From a virus (lineage: Duplodnaviria > Caudoviricetes): a DNA stretch of 44,384 nucleotides. The translations under genes and the position numbers were made by a program. Position 1 is the first letter of the stretch. Each line of letters begins with the position of its first letter. Below, one piece after another: positions 26,645 to 34,198 of the stretch. Location of the stretch: the IMG/VR virus record IMGVR_UViG_3300010052_000219, positions 1 to 44,384 of that record. One strand, written 5' to 3'. Under the pieces are notes generated by a model. It was not told the DNA's origin. It saw nothing but the letters and a program-made list of their open reading frames with translations, and made no database searches.

Positions 26645-26689
26645 TCATAAATTTCCAACGTTACAAGCTCTGATGTTGGGAATTTATGA
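26645..26689. promoter_or_regulatory. OR-like operator pair, with a PR-like promoter for cro
   Basis: TCATAAATTTCCAAC at 26645-26659 and inverted GTTGGGAATTTATGA at 26675-26689; minus-strand TTGTAA -35 between them. Confidence 0.85.
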
Positions 26690-26691
26690 AA

Positions 26692-26726
26692 TAGATGCTC
26701 CGCGGCCGGCGTGGGATATTCTCTGC
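26692..26726 (+). promoter_or_regulatory. PRM-like promoter giving a leaderless cI mRNA
   Basis: TAGATG-N17-GATATT-N6-ATG; no Shine-Dalgarno; operator abuts the -35. Confidence 0.55.
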
Positions 26727-27206
26727 ATGCCCGGCAAGCTGGAACGAAAAGCGCGCGCGGAGCGCAGCGCGAAGGATATCGCTGAGCGTTTGGCGCGCCT
26801 GCGGCCGCCCGAACTTACCGAGCGCCAGTGGTGCGTGCAGGCGGGTGTCAGCCCTTCATTCTTCTCGAATCTGCGGGGTACGCCGACAAAGCCGCCCAGC
26901 GACCCTTCGGTCGATGGGCTGCGCTCGGTGCTTGATGTGATTGGAATGACGCCGGCCGAGTTCTTTTCCCTCGAGCCAGGCGCCAACGTCATCGGGGTGC
27001 CGAGTGTACGAGCCTTAGAACAGGCGATCGCGGACGCTCTGCCAGGAATGCCTCTTCGGACGGACAGACGAGCGCAATATCTCGCTGAAGCCGTGTCACG
27101 TGTCCTTGCGCTTCCGCCAGATCTTCACGCCAGCTCGGAAGCGAACCGCCGGACGGCGGAGGGCGTTCCCGGAGAAGGCGCTCCTCCTCGCGTCGCCACC
27201 AACTGA
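26727..27206 (+). CDS. CI-like XRE-family repressor with no S24 peptidase domain
   Basis: TERQWCVQAGVSPSFFSNLRG...PSVDGLRSVLDVIGMTPAEFF; only 159 aa. Confidence 0.82.
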   Translation: MPGKLERKARAERSAKDIAERLARLRPPELTERQWCVQAGVSPSFFSNLRGTPTKPPSDPSVDGLRSVLDVIGMTPAEFFSLEPGANVIGVPSVRALEQAIADALPGMPLRTDRRAQYLAEAVSRVLALPPDLHASSEANRRTAEGVPGEGAPPRVATN

Positions 27207-27294
27207 GCTGAACCTTCGCGACCGCGCAGTCTCGGACGCACATCGAACAGCCAATATTGCACCCCGGCGCTGCCAACAAGCGACCCTCTGCCAT
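26989..27294 (-). CDS. Cys-rich ORF antisense to cI; candidate SOS-induced antirepressor
   Basis: GCNIGCSMCVRDC followed by helical segments; starts 16 nt past a perfect SOS box; alternative ATG at 27318. Confidence 0.5.
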   Translation of the reverse strand: MAEGRLLAAPGCNIGCSMCVRDCAVAKVQLSWWRREEERLLRERPPPSGGSLPSWREDLAEAQGHVTRLQRDIALVCPSEEAFLAERPRSPVLRLVHSAPR

Positions 27295-27310
27295 GTTCCG
27301 ACTCGGCGTT

Positions 27311-27325
27311 GTTCTCATTTCGTTC
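27311..27325 (-). promoter_or_regulatory. Alphaproteobacterial LexA (SOS) box
   Basis: GTTC-tcatttc-GTTC, a perfect GTTC-N7-GTTC with an AT-rich spacer, in the immunity intergenic region. Confidence 0.85.
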
Positions 27326-27331
27326 TTGTCC

Positions 27332-27422
27332 TAGGAAATTTCCAACATCGCAAGCGGCGGAAACGAATGTTGGAAATTTATGATATTTCCGCTTGACGTG
27401 TCATAAATTCCCAACGTAGATG
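27332..27422. promoter_or_regulatory. OL-like operator triplet and PL-like promoter
   Basis: TAGGAAATTTCCAAC 27332-27346, GTTGGAAATTTATGA 27369-27383, TCATAAATTCCCAAC 27401-27415; TTGACG at 27393 and TAGATG at 27417. Confidence 0.85.
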
Positions 27423-27479
27423 TCCCCCATCTGCTGTTCCGCCGCCCCGCGACGCGAACGGTTTCGAAGGGGACACGAA

Positions 27480-27917
27480 ATGCGTCACGAAACTCTTTCC
27501 GGAGATCCTGACCTCGAGCAGGCGATCGAGGACCTGCTGCCGGTGGCACAGGACCTGCGCGTTAGCTCGTCGCGCCTTATCGGGCTGGAGGAGCGGCACC
27601 GGCTGCCTGTGCAGCGCGAGGTGACCGAGCTCTACGGCCGCATCGCCTTGCGCGCAGAGCGCATCGGCACGACTGCGGCCGCGCTGGTCCAGATCCTCAA
27701 CGCTGTTCTCGACGTGAAGGCCCGCCGCGGGCGCGCCGTTCCGGTCGGTGACACGAGCCGCAGCCTGCTCAACGCCGCGACCGAGGCTTATGCTCGGGAA
27801 GGCGATGCGCATCGCGCGGTCAGCGCCGCCCAGGCGGAGCTGAAGGCCGCGACCGATCACCGCATTGCCGTCGAACAGGCGTGCGAGGCGTTCGGCCTCG
27901 AAAGGATCCAGCGATGA
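27480..27917 (+). CDS. Hypothetical helical protein, first gene of the PL-like operon
   Basis: AAGGGGA RBS; GC3-biased codons. Confidence 0.75.
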   Translation: MRHETLSGDPDLEQAIEDLLPVAQDLRVSSSRLIGLEERHRLPVQREVTELYGRIALRAERIGTTAAALVQILNAVLDVKARRGRAVPVGDTSRSLLNAATEAYAREGDAHRAVSAAQAELKAATDHRIAVEQACEAFGLERIQR

Positions 27918-28270
27918 TCTCGCGCCTGACGGTGTGGACGCCGGTCTTCTGTGCAGCGTCTGGTGGATGGGTGCTGCGAGAGTCCGTCGACGCGGTCGCC
28001 AGCAGCCGGCTCGGCTTGGCTTCGCTATTGGTACTGCTCGGCCTGCTCAATATGGGTCTGGCGGTACTCAATATCGTCATCCAGCGGCGCCTGCGAGATG
28101 CTTGTATGCGGCGGGCGGCTGCCAATTTGCTGCAAGCTCTGGACCAGTGCCGTGCAGCGCCAATCACCGGTGCGGACGAATCGATGGAGAACACGGCTGG
28201 CGCGCGCATTGTGAAGCGCCGCATTGTGTCTGCCCTGGCCGACATCGCTGACGCGCGAGGCGCGGCATGA
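27914..28270 (+). CDS. Hypothetical membrane protein
   Basis: Hydrophobic LGLASLLVLLGLLNMGLAVLNIVI; ATGA-coupled; lower GC. Confidence 0.6.
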   Translation: MISRLTVWTPVFCAASGGWVLRESVDAVASSRLGLASLLVLLGLLNMGLAVLNIVIQRRLRDACMRRAAANLLQALDQCRAAPITGADESMENTAGARIVKRRIVSALADIADARGAA

Positions 28271-28512
28271 TCCGGGATCCGAACAAGCGTTATCCGCACC
28301 AGCCGGGCTTCTTCGCGAAGCCGGATATCCTCGGCTACTTCACCATTCCCGTTGTCACGAGCGATCATCCAGCGCTCTACGGCTGTTTCATCACGCTCAA
28401 TGGCTATGGCGTCGCGTCCACGCCGAACGGGACGCGCGAGGAGTGCGAGGTCCTCGGCTTCAACGGCATGCAGATCGTCGCCCGCGAGATGGCGATCGAG
28501 GCGCAGCCATGA
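28267..28512 (+). CDS. Hypothetical protein
   Basis: ATGA-coupled on both sides. Confidence 0.7.
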   Translation: MIRDPNKRYPHQPGFFAKPDILGYFTIPVVTSDHPALYGCFITLNGYGVASTPNGTREECEVLGFNGMQIVAREMAIEAQP

Positions 28513-28808
28513 CCGCCCTCGTCGCTCTGTGCCGCACCCACCCGCGCGAAACCCGCGATATGACGGTGCGTCATCTCGCGTTGCTCGGGCTCGCCGTGTC
28601 GCACCCGGGCCGGTCCTGCGAATTCTTTGCCGCCCAGCTGGCGGTCTCGAAGCCCGTGGTGAGCCGGGCGTGCACATTCCTCGCTGCCCTGGGCCTCCTG
28701 ACCACGCGCCGGGACGCGGACGACAAGCGGTTCAACGTCATCAGCGTCACCGCGGAGGGGGCCGCATTGGTCGCGGCCGCGAATTCCGAAAGGACCGATA
28801 AGACATGA
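28509..28808 (+). CDS. MarR-like winged-helix regulator
   Basis: MTVRHLALL...LAVSKPVVSRA...RRDADDKR...VTAEG. Confidence 0.85.
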   Translation: MTALVALCRTHPRETRDMTVRHLALLGLAVSHPGRSCEFFAAQLAVSKPVVSRACTFLAALGLLTTRRDADDKRFNVISVTAEGAALVAAANSERTDKT

Positions 28809-29131
28809 GCGATCCGAAGATGTTCGTAGCCGCGCAGGGCGGGCCGGAGCAGGCTCTGATTGTCCAGCTGGTCGACATGTTCCGCCATGTCGTGGCGTCG
28901 ACGTGCCCCAGCGAGGACCTAGCCCCGGAGCACAACTCCTATGCGATGACGGCCGCCTGCATGTTCGCCGGCTCGATCCTCGGCACGATGATCTACGCTG
29001 ATCTCGTCACCGAGGCGCAGGCCGAAGCCATCATCGACAGCATGACCCGCAACATCCGCTCCGGAATCGGGGTGGGCATGCGTCGCGCGACACGCGTGGA
29101 GCGCGAGATGGGCGTCGGAGGGCAGGGATGA
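28805..29131 (+). CDS. Hypothetical protein
   Basis: ATGA-coupled; good codon bias. Confidence 0.75.
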   Translation: MSDPKMFVAAQGGPEQALIVQLVDMFRHVVASTCPSEDLAPEHNSYAMTAACMFAGSILGTMIYADLVTEAQAEAIIDSMTRNIRSGIGVGMRRATRVEREMGVGGQG

Positions 29132-29292
29132 GCGTCCCGTCGACCCGCCGCCGCGCGAGCGAGCATCCCGAGACCCAAGCCCGCTGGGGCTCGGTCTGGA
29201 TCGAAGCCGACAAGCGCTTGCCGTTCAAGATCGACAGCGTGCCGGAGCTTCCCCGCCGCCGCCGTTGGTGGCCCTTCGGGCGCAACTGGTGA
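29128..29292 (+). CDS. 54-aa hypothetical protein (below the ORF-track cutoff)
   Basis: MSVPSTRRRASEHPETQARWGSVWIEADKR...WWPFGRNW; ATGA/GTGA overlaps at both ends. Confidence 0.6.
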   Translation: MSVPSTRRRASEHPETQARWGSVWIEADKRLPFKIDSVPELPRRRRWWPFGRNW

Positions 29293-29651
29293 CCGGCCCC
29301 ATGTCGCCCCTGGACATCAAGCTCGCGCTGCAGAGCGGAGGGCGTGTCAACCCGTCGCGGCCGGAGACCTTCCCGGGCGTGTGGACCGGCACGCCGGCCG
29401 AGGGATCGCGATGGACGGTCCAGCAGCTGGCCAAGATCGACAAGGAGCGCGAAGCGGCGCGCGGGATCAAGTCGCCGCTCGGCGGCAAGATCATCGCGTT
29501 GCTGCGCGATCCCGAGGCGATCGAGGCTTGGCCGGTCAACCTCGGCGACACCGTGGTCGAATGCCCGCTGCTCGCGCGAATCCGCACCGGCCAGCGCGTC
29601 CTGATCATCACGCCTGGCGGCGAGAAGCTGTGGATCAACGCCCGATGCTGA
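29289..29651 (+). CDS. Hypothetical protein
   Basis: Coupled GTG start (or ATG 29301); good codon bias. Confidence 0.7.
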   Translation: MTGPMSPLDIKLALQSGGRVNPSRPETFPGVWTGTPAEGSRWTVQQLAKIDKEREAARGIKSPLGGKIIALLRDPEAIEAWPVNLGDTVVECPLLARIRTGQRVLIITPGGEKLWINARC

Positions 29652-29893
29652 CCGATCCCGATGTCGAGGCGCGTGACGCCTTCCGCGCGCTGCTCCCGCA
29701 CCGCGGCGCCCGCATGGCGCGCGCCGCCAGCTGGCTCGGCGCGATCCTGCTGCTTTCCATGATCCTCCGTGTTGTCGGCGCGGATCACCAGCCCCCCCGG
29801 GGCGCCTCGGCCGCCGTGCGGCAACAGCCCTATCTCCCCCCTGCTCCGGTCGTTGAGGCCGGCCGGAGCACCACGCCGGGTGAAGCGCAATGA
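29645..29893 (+). CDS. Small hypothetical protein with one TM segment
   Basis: WLGAILLLSMILRVVG; overlaps its neighbours. Confidence 0.55.
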   Translation: MLTDPDVEARDAFRALLPHRGARMARAASWLGAILLLSMILRVVGADHQPPRGASAAVRQQPYLPPAPVVEAGRSTTPGEAQ

Positions 29894-30192
29894 CGGAGGG
29901 GGAGCGCAGGGTCCTGGACTTCGTCCGCGATCGCATCGAGCTGACCGGGCTCGCGCCGACGTTCGAGGAGATCAAGCGGCATCTGGGGCTCAGGTCAAAG
30001 AGCGCAGTCTTCGAACGCATCAGCGCGCTGGTCCGCCAAGGTCTCCTTGAGCGCCAGCCGTGCCGCTCGCGCGGCATCGCCCTTCCGGCGACCCCTGATC
30101 TCGCCATGGTGACCAGCCGAGCGATTTTCGCCGAGCTTCGACGCCGCGGCGAGCTGGTCGACCAGCGGAGCGGGGAAGCGCCGTATGGCTGA
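29890..30192 (+). CDS. Stand-alone LexA DNA-binding-domain protein
   Basis: TEGERRVLDFV...APTFEEIKRHLGLRSKSAV...ISALVRQGLLER...RSRGI; no peptidase domain. Confidence 0.85.
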   Translation: MTEGERRVLDFVRDRIELTGLAPTFEEIKRHLGLRSKSAVFERISALVRQGLLERQPCRSRGIALPATPDLAMVTSRAIFAELRRRGELVDQRSGEAPYG

Positions 30193-30367
30193 CACTCCCG
30201 AGCCGGTGCGCACCTATGACGCCGACGGCTTCCGCCGCATCCGGCCGAGCGAGCGAAGCCCGGGCTACACCGAGTTGCGCTTGCCGAATGGTCGCTGCTT
30301 CGCGGCGGCCGCGTTCGGGCCCGAGGTCGATGCCCTCGTCAATGAGGAGGCGCGACGCCGTGGCTGA
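30185..30367 (+). CDS. Small hypothetical protein
   Basis: Overlaps both neighbours. Confidence 0.6.
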   Translation: MADTPEPVRTYDADGFRRIRPSERSPGYTELRLPNGRCFAAAAFGPEVDALVNEEARRRG

Positions 30368-31316
30368 CGGAACCAAGATCGAATGGACCGACGCGACCGT
30401 GAACGCGGTCAACGGGTGCTCTGTGATTTCGCCGGGCTGCAAGCACTGCTACGCGATGAAGCAGGCGCACCGCTTTCCGGTGCGTCAGGGCCTGACGATG
30501 AAGACCGCCGGCGGCATGGTCTGGACCGGCGACGTGCGCTTCAACGAGAAGGCGCTGCTGCAGCCGCTCGGCTGGACGCGCCCGCGGCGCATCTTCTGGA
30601 ACGCGCATGGCGACCTGTTCCACGAGAATGTGCCGGACGAGTGGATCGACAAGGTTCTTGCCGTCTGCGCGCTGACGCCGCAGCACCAGCACCAGATCCT
30701 GACGAAGCGGTCGGCGCGGATGCGGGCGTATTTCTCCTACGCGGATGGATTCGGTCGTTGGGGCTTCATCGAGCACCAGGCCCGTCGGATCGCCAACGTG
30801 CCGGCCGGACGAACACTCGCCCACCTAGGCGGCTCGCATCTTCCCAACGTCTGGCTGGGCGTCTCGGTCGAGGACCAGCAGCGCGCTGACGAGCGCATCC
30901 CCGATCTGCTCGCGACGCCGGCGGCGGTGCGGTTCCTCTCGTGCGAGCCGCTGCTCGGGCCGGTCAATCTCGACTGCGTAATGGTGACGCTCGAAAGCGG
31001 CGAGCGCGTAGGTTGGAATGTCGTGCGCGATGGTCCCGGCGATCGCGTCGACTGGGTCATCGTCGGCGGAGAGAGCGGTCCCGGCGCACGGGCGATGCAC
31101 CCTGACTGGGCGCGCCAACTCCGCGCCCAGTGCGACGCGGCCGACGTCCCGTTCTTCTTCAAGCAGTGGGGCGAGTGGCTGCCCTGCGAATCACCCGCGA
31201 ACCCGGTCGATGGTGTCGATCTTCGCGCCTGCGACGGGTTCATCGCGCAACGCGTCGGCAAGAAATCCGCCGGCCGCCTGCTGGACGGAGTCGAGCACAA
31301 TGGAATGCCCGCATGA
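30360..31316 (+). CDS. DUF5131 (phage Gp37/Gp68) family protein
   Basis: TKIEWTDAT, GCSVISPGCKHCYA, DLFHE, LTKR, WLGVSVE, FLSCEPLLG, VIVGGESG, FFFKQWG. Confidence 0.93.
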   Translation: MADGTKIEWTDATVNAVNGCSVISPGCKHCYAMKQAHRFPVRQGLTMKTAGGMVWTGDVRFNEKALLQPLGWTRPRRIFWNAHGDLFHENVPDEWIDKVLAVCALTPQHQHQILTKRSARMRAYFSYADGFGRWGFIEHQARRIANVPAGRTLAHLGGSHLPNVWLGVSVEDQQRADERIPDLLATPAAVRFLSCEPLLGPVNLDCVMVTLESGERVGWNVVRDGPGDRVDWVIVGGESGPGARAMHPDWARQLRAQCDAADVPFFFKQWGEWLPCESPANPVDGVDLRACDGFIAQRVGKKSAGRLLDGVEHNGMPA

Positions 31317-32020
31317 GCGTCCACGTCTATTTCGCCTTTTCGGCCGGGTTGGCGAAGCCGATAGCGGTCCCGCCCGGTACGCTGGCCAAATGCCAGCGCC
31401 ATGTCGAAGAGGTCGAGGACAAGCTGCGCCTCGTGGCCACCCGCTATCGGGACAATCCCGCGCATTGGGAGAGCCGGAATCGGTTCGACGGCATCGACGA
31501 TAAGGTCGTTTGCGAGACGGTGATCGAGCACAACCGGTGGGTTCGCTGGTTCTACGACGATCTCGAGCGTTGGGCGAAAGATCCCCCCGAAGTTCACGAG
31601 GTGCTGACCCCGGATGACGCCCAGACCTTCTGGCACGGCCTCGAGATGCTGCGCGTGCCGCCGGAGCGCTGGGACCGCCACTATTACCGGGATCAGATGG
31701 AGCGCTTCTACGAGGCGATGCGCGGCCGCGGCGACGGCATCTACTGGCCGACCGCAAAGCTGACACCGAAGCAAGCCGGTGCAGTAATCTGGCTCTTCAG
31801 CGATATCCTCGACTGTGGGGACATCCGGCTGGAGGTTCCGCGCGGTGCCGATCGGCTCGCCTCGTCCTACGACGGGGAATACGAGTGGTGCGAGCGCTGC
31901 GGCGCTGTTGAGAACGATGATGCGGCGAATTGCCGCAAGCGCGGCTGCCCGGTTCAGGCGAACTGGTGCGACGAAGACCGGCCCGAGTGGTTCCGGCCGG
32001 CGAAAGCAAGCCGCGCATGA
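31313..32020 (+). CDS. Hypothetical protein with C-terminal Cys motifs
   Basis: YEWCERCG...CRKRGC; coupled. Confidence 0.75.
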   Translation: MSVHVYFAFSAGLAKPIAVPPGTLAKCQRHVEEVEDKLRLVATRYRDNPAHWESRNRFDGIDDKVVCETVIEHNRWVRWFYDDLERWAKDPPEVHEVLTPDDAQTFWHGLEMLRVPPERWDRHYYRDQMERFYEAMRGRGDGIYWPTAKLTPKQAGAVIWLFSDILDCGDIRLEVPRGADRLASSYDGEYEWCERCGAVENDDAANCRKRGCPVQANWCDEDRPEWFRPAKASRA

Positions 32021-32184
32021 GCGATCCGGCTCCCCTCGACAAAGGCCGCCTGCAGGGCCGCTGCGGCGACTGCGACCATGTCTGGGTGGTCGCATATCTC
32101 CCCATGGCCGTGAGCCGCGCCGCCGAGCTCGCACGGCTCGCGCGCTGCCCTCGCGGCTGCGAAGGAAAGGTCTTCTGCGCATGA
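32017..32184 (+). CDS. Small zinc-ribbon protein
   Basis: CGDCDHVW...CPRGC; ATGA-coupled. Confidence 0.7.
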   Translation: MSDPAPLDKGRLQGRCGDCDHVWVVAYLPMAVSRAAELARLARCPRGCEGKVFCA

Positions 32185-33884
32185 ACATCATCAAGTTCGG
32201 CCCGCTGCGGCTCGAAGCAGCCGAGTTCGCCAGCCAGGGCAATGCCGTCCTCGGCATCCGCGACAGCGGCAAGACCTACACGGCGACCGAGCTGGCCGAG
32301 GAGTTGTTCGAGGCGGGCATTCCGTTCATTGCGTTCGATCCGATCGGCGTGTGGCGCTTCCTGCGCGTGCCCGGCCGCGGGCGCGGCTATCCCGTTGTCG
32401 TCGCCGGCGGGCAAGAGGGAGACCTTCCGCTCAACGTCGCCAGCGCGCCCGCGATTGTCGAGGCCGCGATGCGTGAGGGCGTCAGCCTCGTCATCGACCT
32501 GTTCGACATCAATCTCTCCAAGGCAGACTGGCGCCGGATCGTTCGCGACTGCGTCCGGCTGCTCCTGCACAAGAACAAGGACTATGGCCTGCGCCACGTC
32601 TTCCTTGAGGAGGCGGCCGAGTTCGCGCCCCAGCAGGTCCGCGACGGCGAAGTCTATGCCGAGATCGAGAAGCTCGCGCGCATGGGCGGCAACAGCCGCC
32701 TCGGCTACACGCTGATCAACCAGCGCGCGCAGGAGGTGAACAAGGCCGTCCTCGAGCTGTGCGACAACCTGTTCCTGCACCGCCAGAAGGGCCGGCTCGC
32801 GCTCGACAGCCTGCGGAAGTGGCTGGACGTCGCTGGCGCGAGCGGCGGGGATGTCATGCGCACGCTGCCCACGCTCCCCCAGGGCGAATGCTGGGCATGG
32901 CTTGGGGGCAGCGACACTCCGGTCCATGTCAACGTGCCGGAGAAGAACAGCCTCCACCCGGATCGGCGCGTTATGCGCGGCGACGCCGAGATGGAGGCAC
33001 GGCCGCCGGTCGACGTCGGCTCATTCGTCTCCGCGCTGCGCGACGCGCTCCCCGCGGTCGAGGAGCAGGCGAAGGCGAACGATCCGAAGATCCTGCGCGC
33101 CGAGGTGGCGCGGTTGACGCGCGAGCTGGAGAAAAGGAGTCCCGCGAAACCATCCGCACCCGCCAGCACCGACGCGATCGACGACGCCTATCGCGCTGGC
33201 AGGGAGCTCGGCTATTCGCAGGGGCTGGCCGACGGCGCAGGCGGCCTCGGTGATCTGTTGGTCGCGCTGGGGCCGCTCGAAGCCGCCATCGCCGCCATCC
33301 GCGGCGTCGCGCCGCAGATCGAGTCGACAGCGGCGCGGAAGCCGCGCGGTCCCCGGCCAGCCGCGGCGTCGGCGGCGCCTTCCGCCGCGCCGAGCTATTC
33401 CGGGGGCGATGAGAGCCTGACCGGGCCCAAGCGGCAACTGCTCGGCGCGATCGCCTGGTGGGCTGCGCATGGGCACGAGGCGCCGACCAAGGCCCAAGTG
33501 GCCGCGATCGCGGGCTGGAAGGTGACCTCGGGGCACCTGAAGAATGTGGCGGGTTCGCTGCGCTCCGCCGGCCTGATCGAATATCCGCAGCCCGGCCGCT
33601 TCGCGCTGACGCTGCAGGGCCGCGACAAGGCACCGGCGCCCGATCTGACGCTGTCCTTCCACGATCGCCTCCGCGGGACGCTCAGCGGGCCGCAGCGGAT
33701 GGTGTTCGACGTGCTGATCACGGACCGCGCAACCCTGACCCGCGATGCGCTCGCGCGCGCATGCGGCTGGGAGCCGACCAGCGGGCACGTCAAGAACGTT
33801 CTGGGCAGCCTGCGCACGCTCGAGGTGATCGACTATCCCGCGGCCGGTCAGGTCGCGCTGCAGGACTGGGTGCTGGCGGCATGA
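32181..33884 (+). CDS. HerA/FtsK-like P-loop ATPase with two C-terminal winged helices
   Basis: GIRDSGKTY, FDPIG, VFLEEA, INQR; duplicated LxGP...AxxxGW..TSGHxKNVxGSLR..xIxYP. Confidence 0.85.
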   Translation: MNIIKFGPLRLEAAEFASQGNAVLGIRDSGKTYTATELAEELFEAGIPFIAFDPIGVWRFLRVPGRGRGYPVVVAGGQEGDLPLNVASAPAIVEAAMREGVSLVIDLFDINLSKADWRRIVRDCVRLLLHKNKDYGLRHVFLEEAAEFAPQQVRDGEVYAEIEKLARMGGNSRLGYTLINQRAQEVNKAVLELCDNLFLHRQKGRLALDSLRKWLDVAGASGGDVMRTLPTLPQGECWAWLGGSDTPVHVNVPEKNSLHPDRRVMRGDAEMEARPPVDVGSFVSALRDALPAVEEQAKANDPKILRAEVARLTRELEKRSPAKPSAPASTDAIDDAYRAGRELGYSQGLADGAGGLGDLLVALGPLEAAIAAIRGVAPQIESTAARKPRGPRPAAASAAPSAAPSYSGGDESLTGPKRQLLGAIAWWAAHGHEAPTKAQVAAIAGWKVTSGHLKNVAGSLRSAGLIEYPQPGRFALTLQGRDKAPAPDLTLSFHDRLRGTLSGPQRMVFDVLITDRATLTRDALARACGWEPTSGHVKNVLGSLRTLEVIDYPAAGQVALQDWVLAA

Positions 33885-34198
33885 TCGGCAACGCCCCTTC
33901 AGACCAGCCGCTCACCGTCGCCCGTGATGTCGTCTTCGGTCAGCAGGATCGCGCCGTCCGTGGGCTTCTTGGTCCACGACTCGTTCCTGACGCGCATCCA
34001 GATATCGAAGAAGAACTCGTCGTAGAGCTCCTGTGCCGAGAGGTTCAGCCCGGGCGTGTCGACCGCCTTGCGGATCGCTCCAATGGTAATCCTCACCCTG
34101 CGCTTCATGCCGTCGAATTGCGGATCGCCAGCAAGATGCCCGGCGAACTGAAGCGGCATCTCGAACTCAACGCCGTCGAAGGACTCGCTCATGAATGA
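33881..34198 (+). CDS. Bridging ORF completely covering an antisense gene
   Basis: ATGA overlap with the HerA stop and ATGAATGA overlap with the next start; codon usage looks like a shadow frame. Confidence 0.4.
   Translation: MIGNAPSDQPLTVARDVVFGQQDRAVRGLLGPRLVPDAHPDIEEELVVELLCREVQPGRVDRLADRSNGNPHPALHAVELRIASKMPGELKRHLELNAVEGLAHE
33899..34192 (-). CDS. Antisense gene, DUF1488-like
   Basis: Strong GC3 bias; RVRITIGAIRKAVD...YDEFFFDIW...AILLTEDD. Confidence 0.6.
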   Translation of the reverse strand: MSESFDGVEFEMPLQFAGHLAGDPQFDGMKRRVRITIGAIRKAVDTPGLNLSAQELYDEFFFDIWMRVRNESWTKKPTDGAILLTEDDITGDGERLV

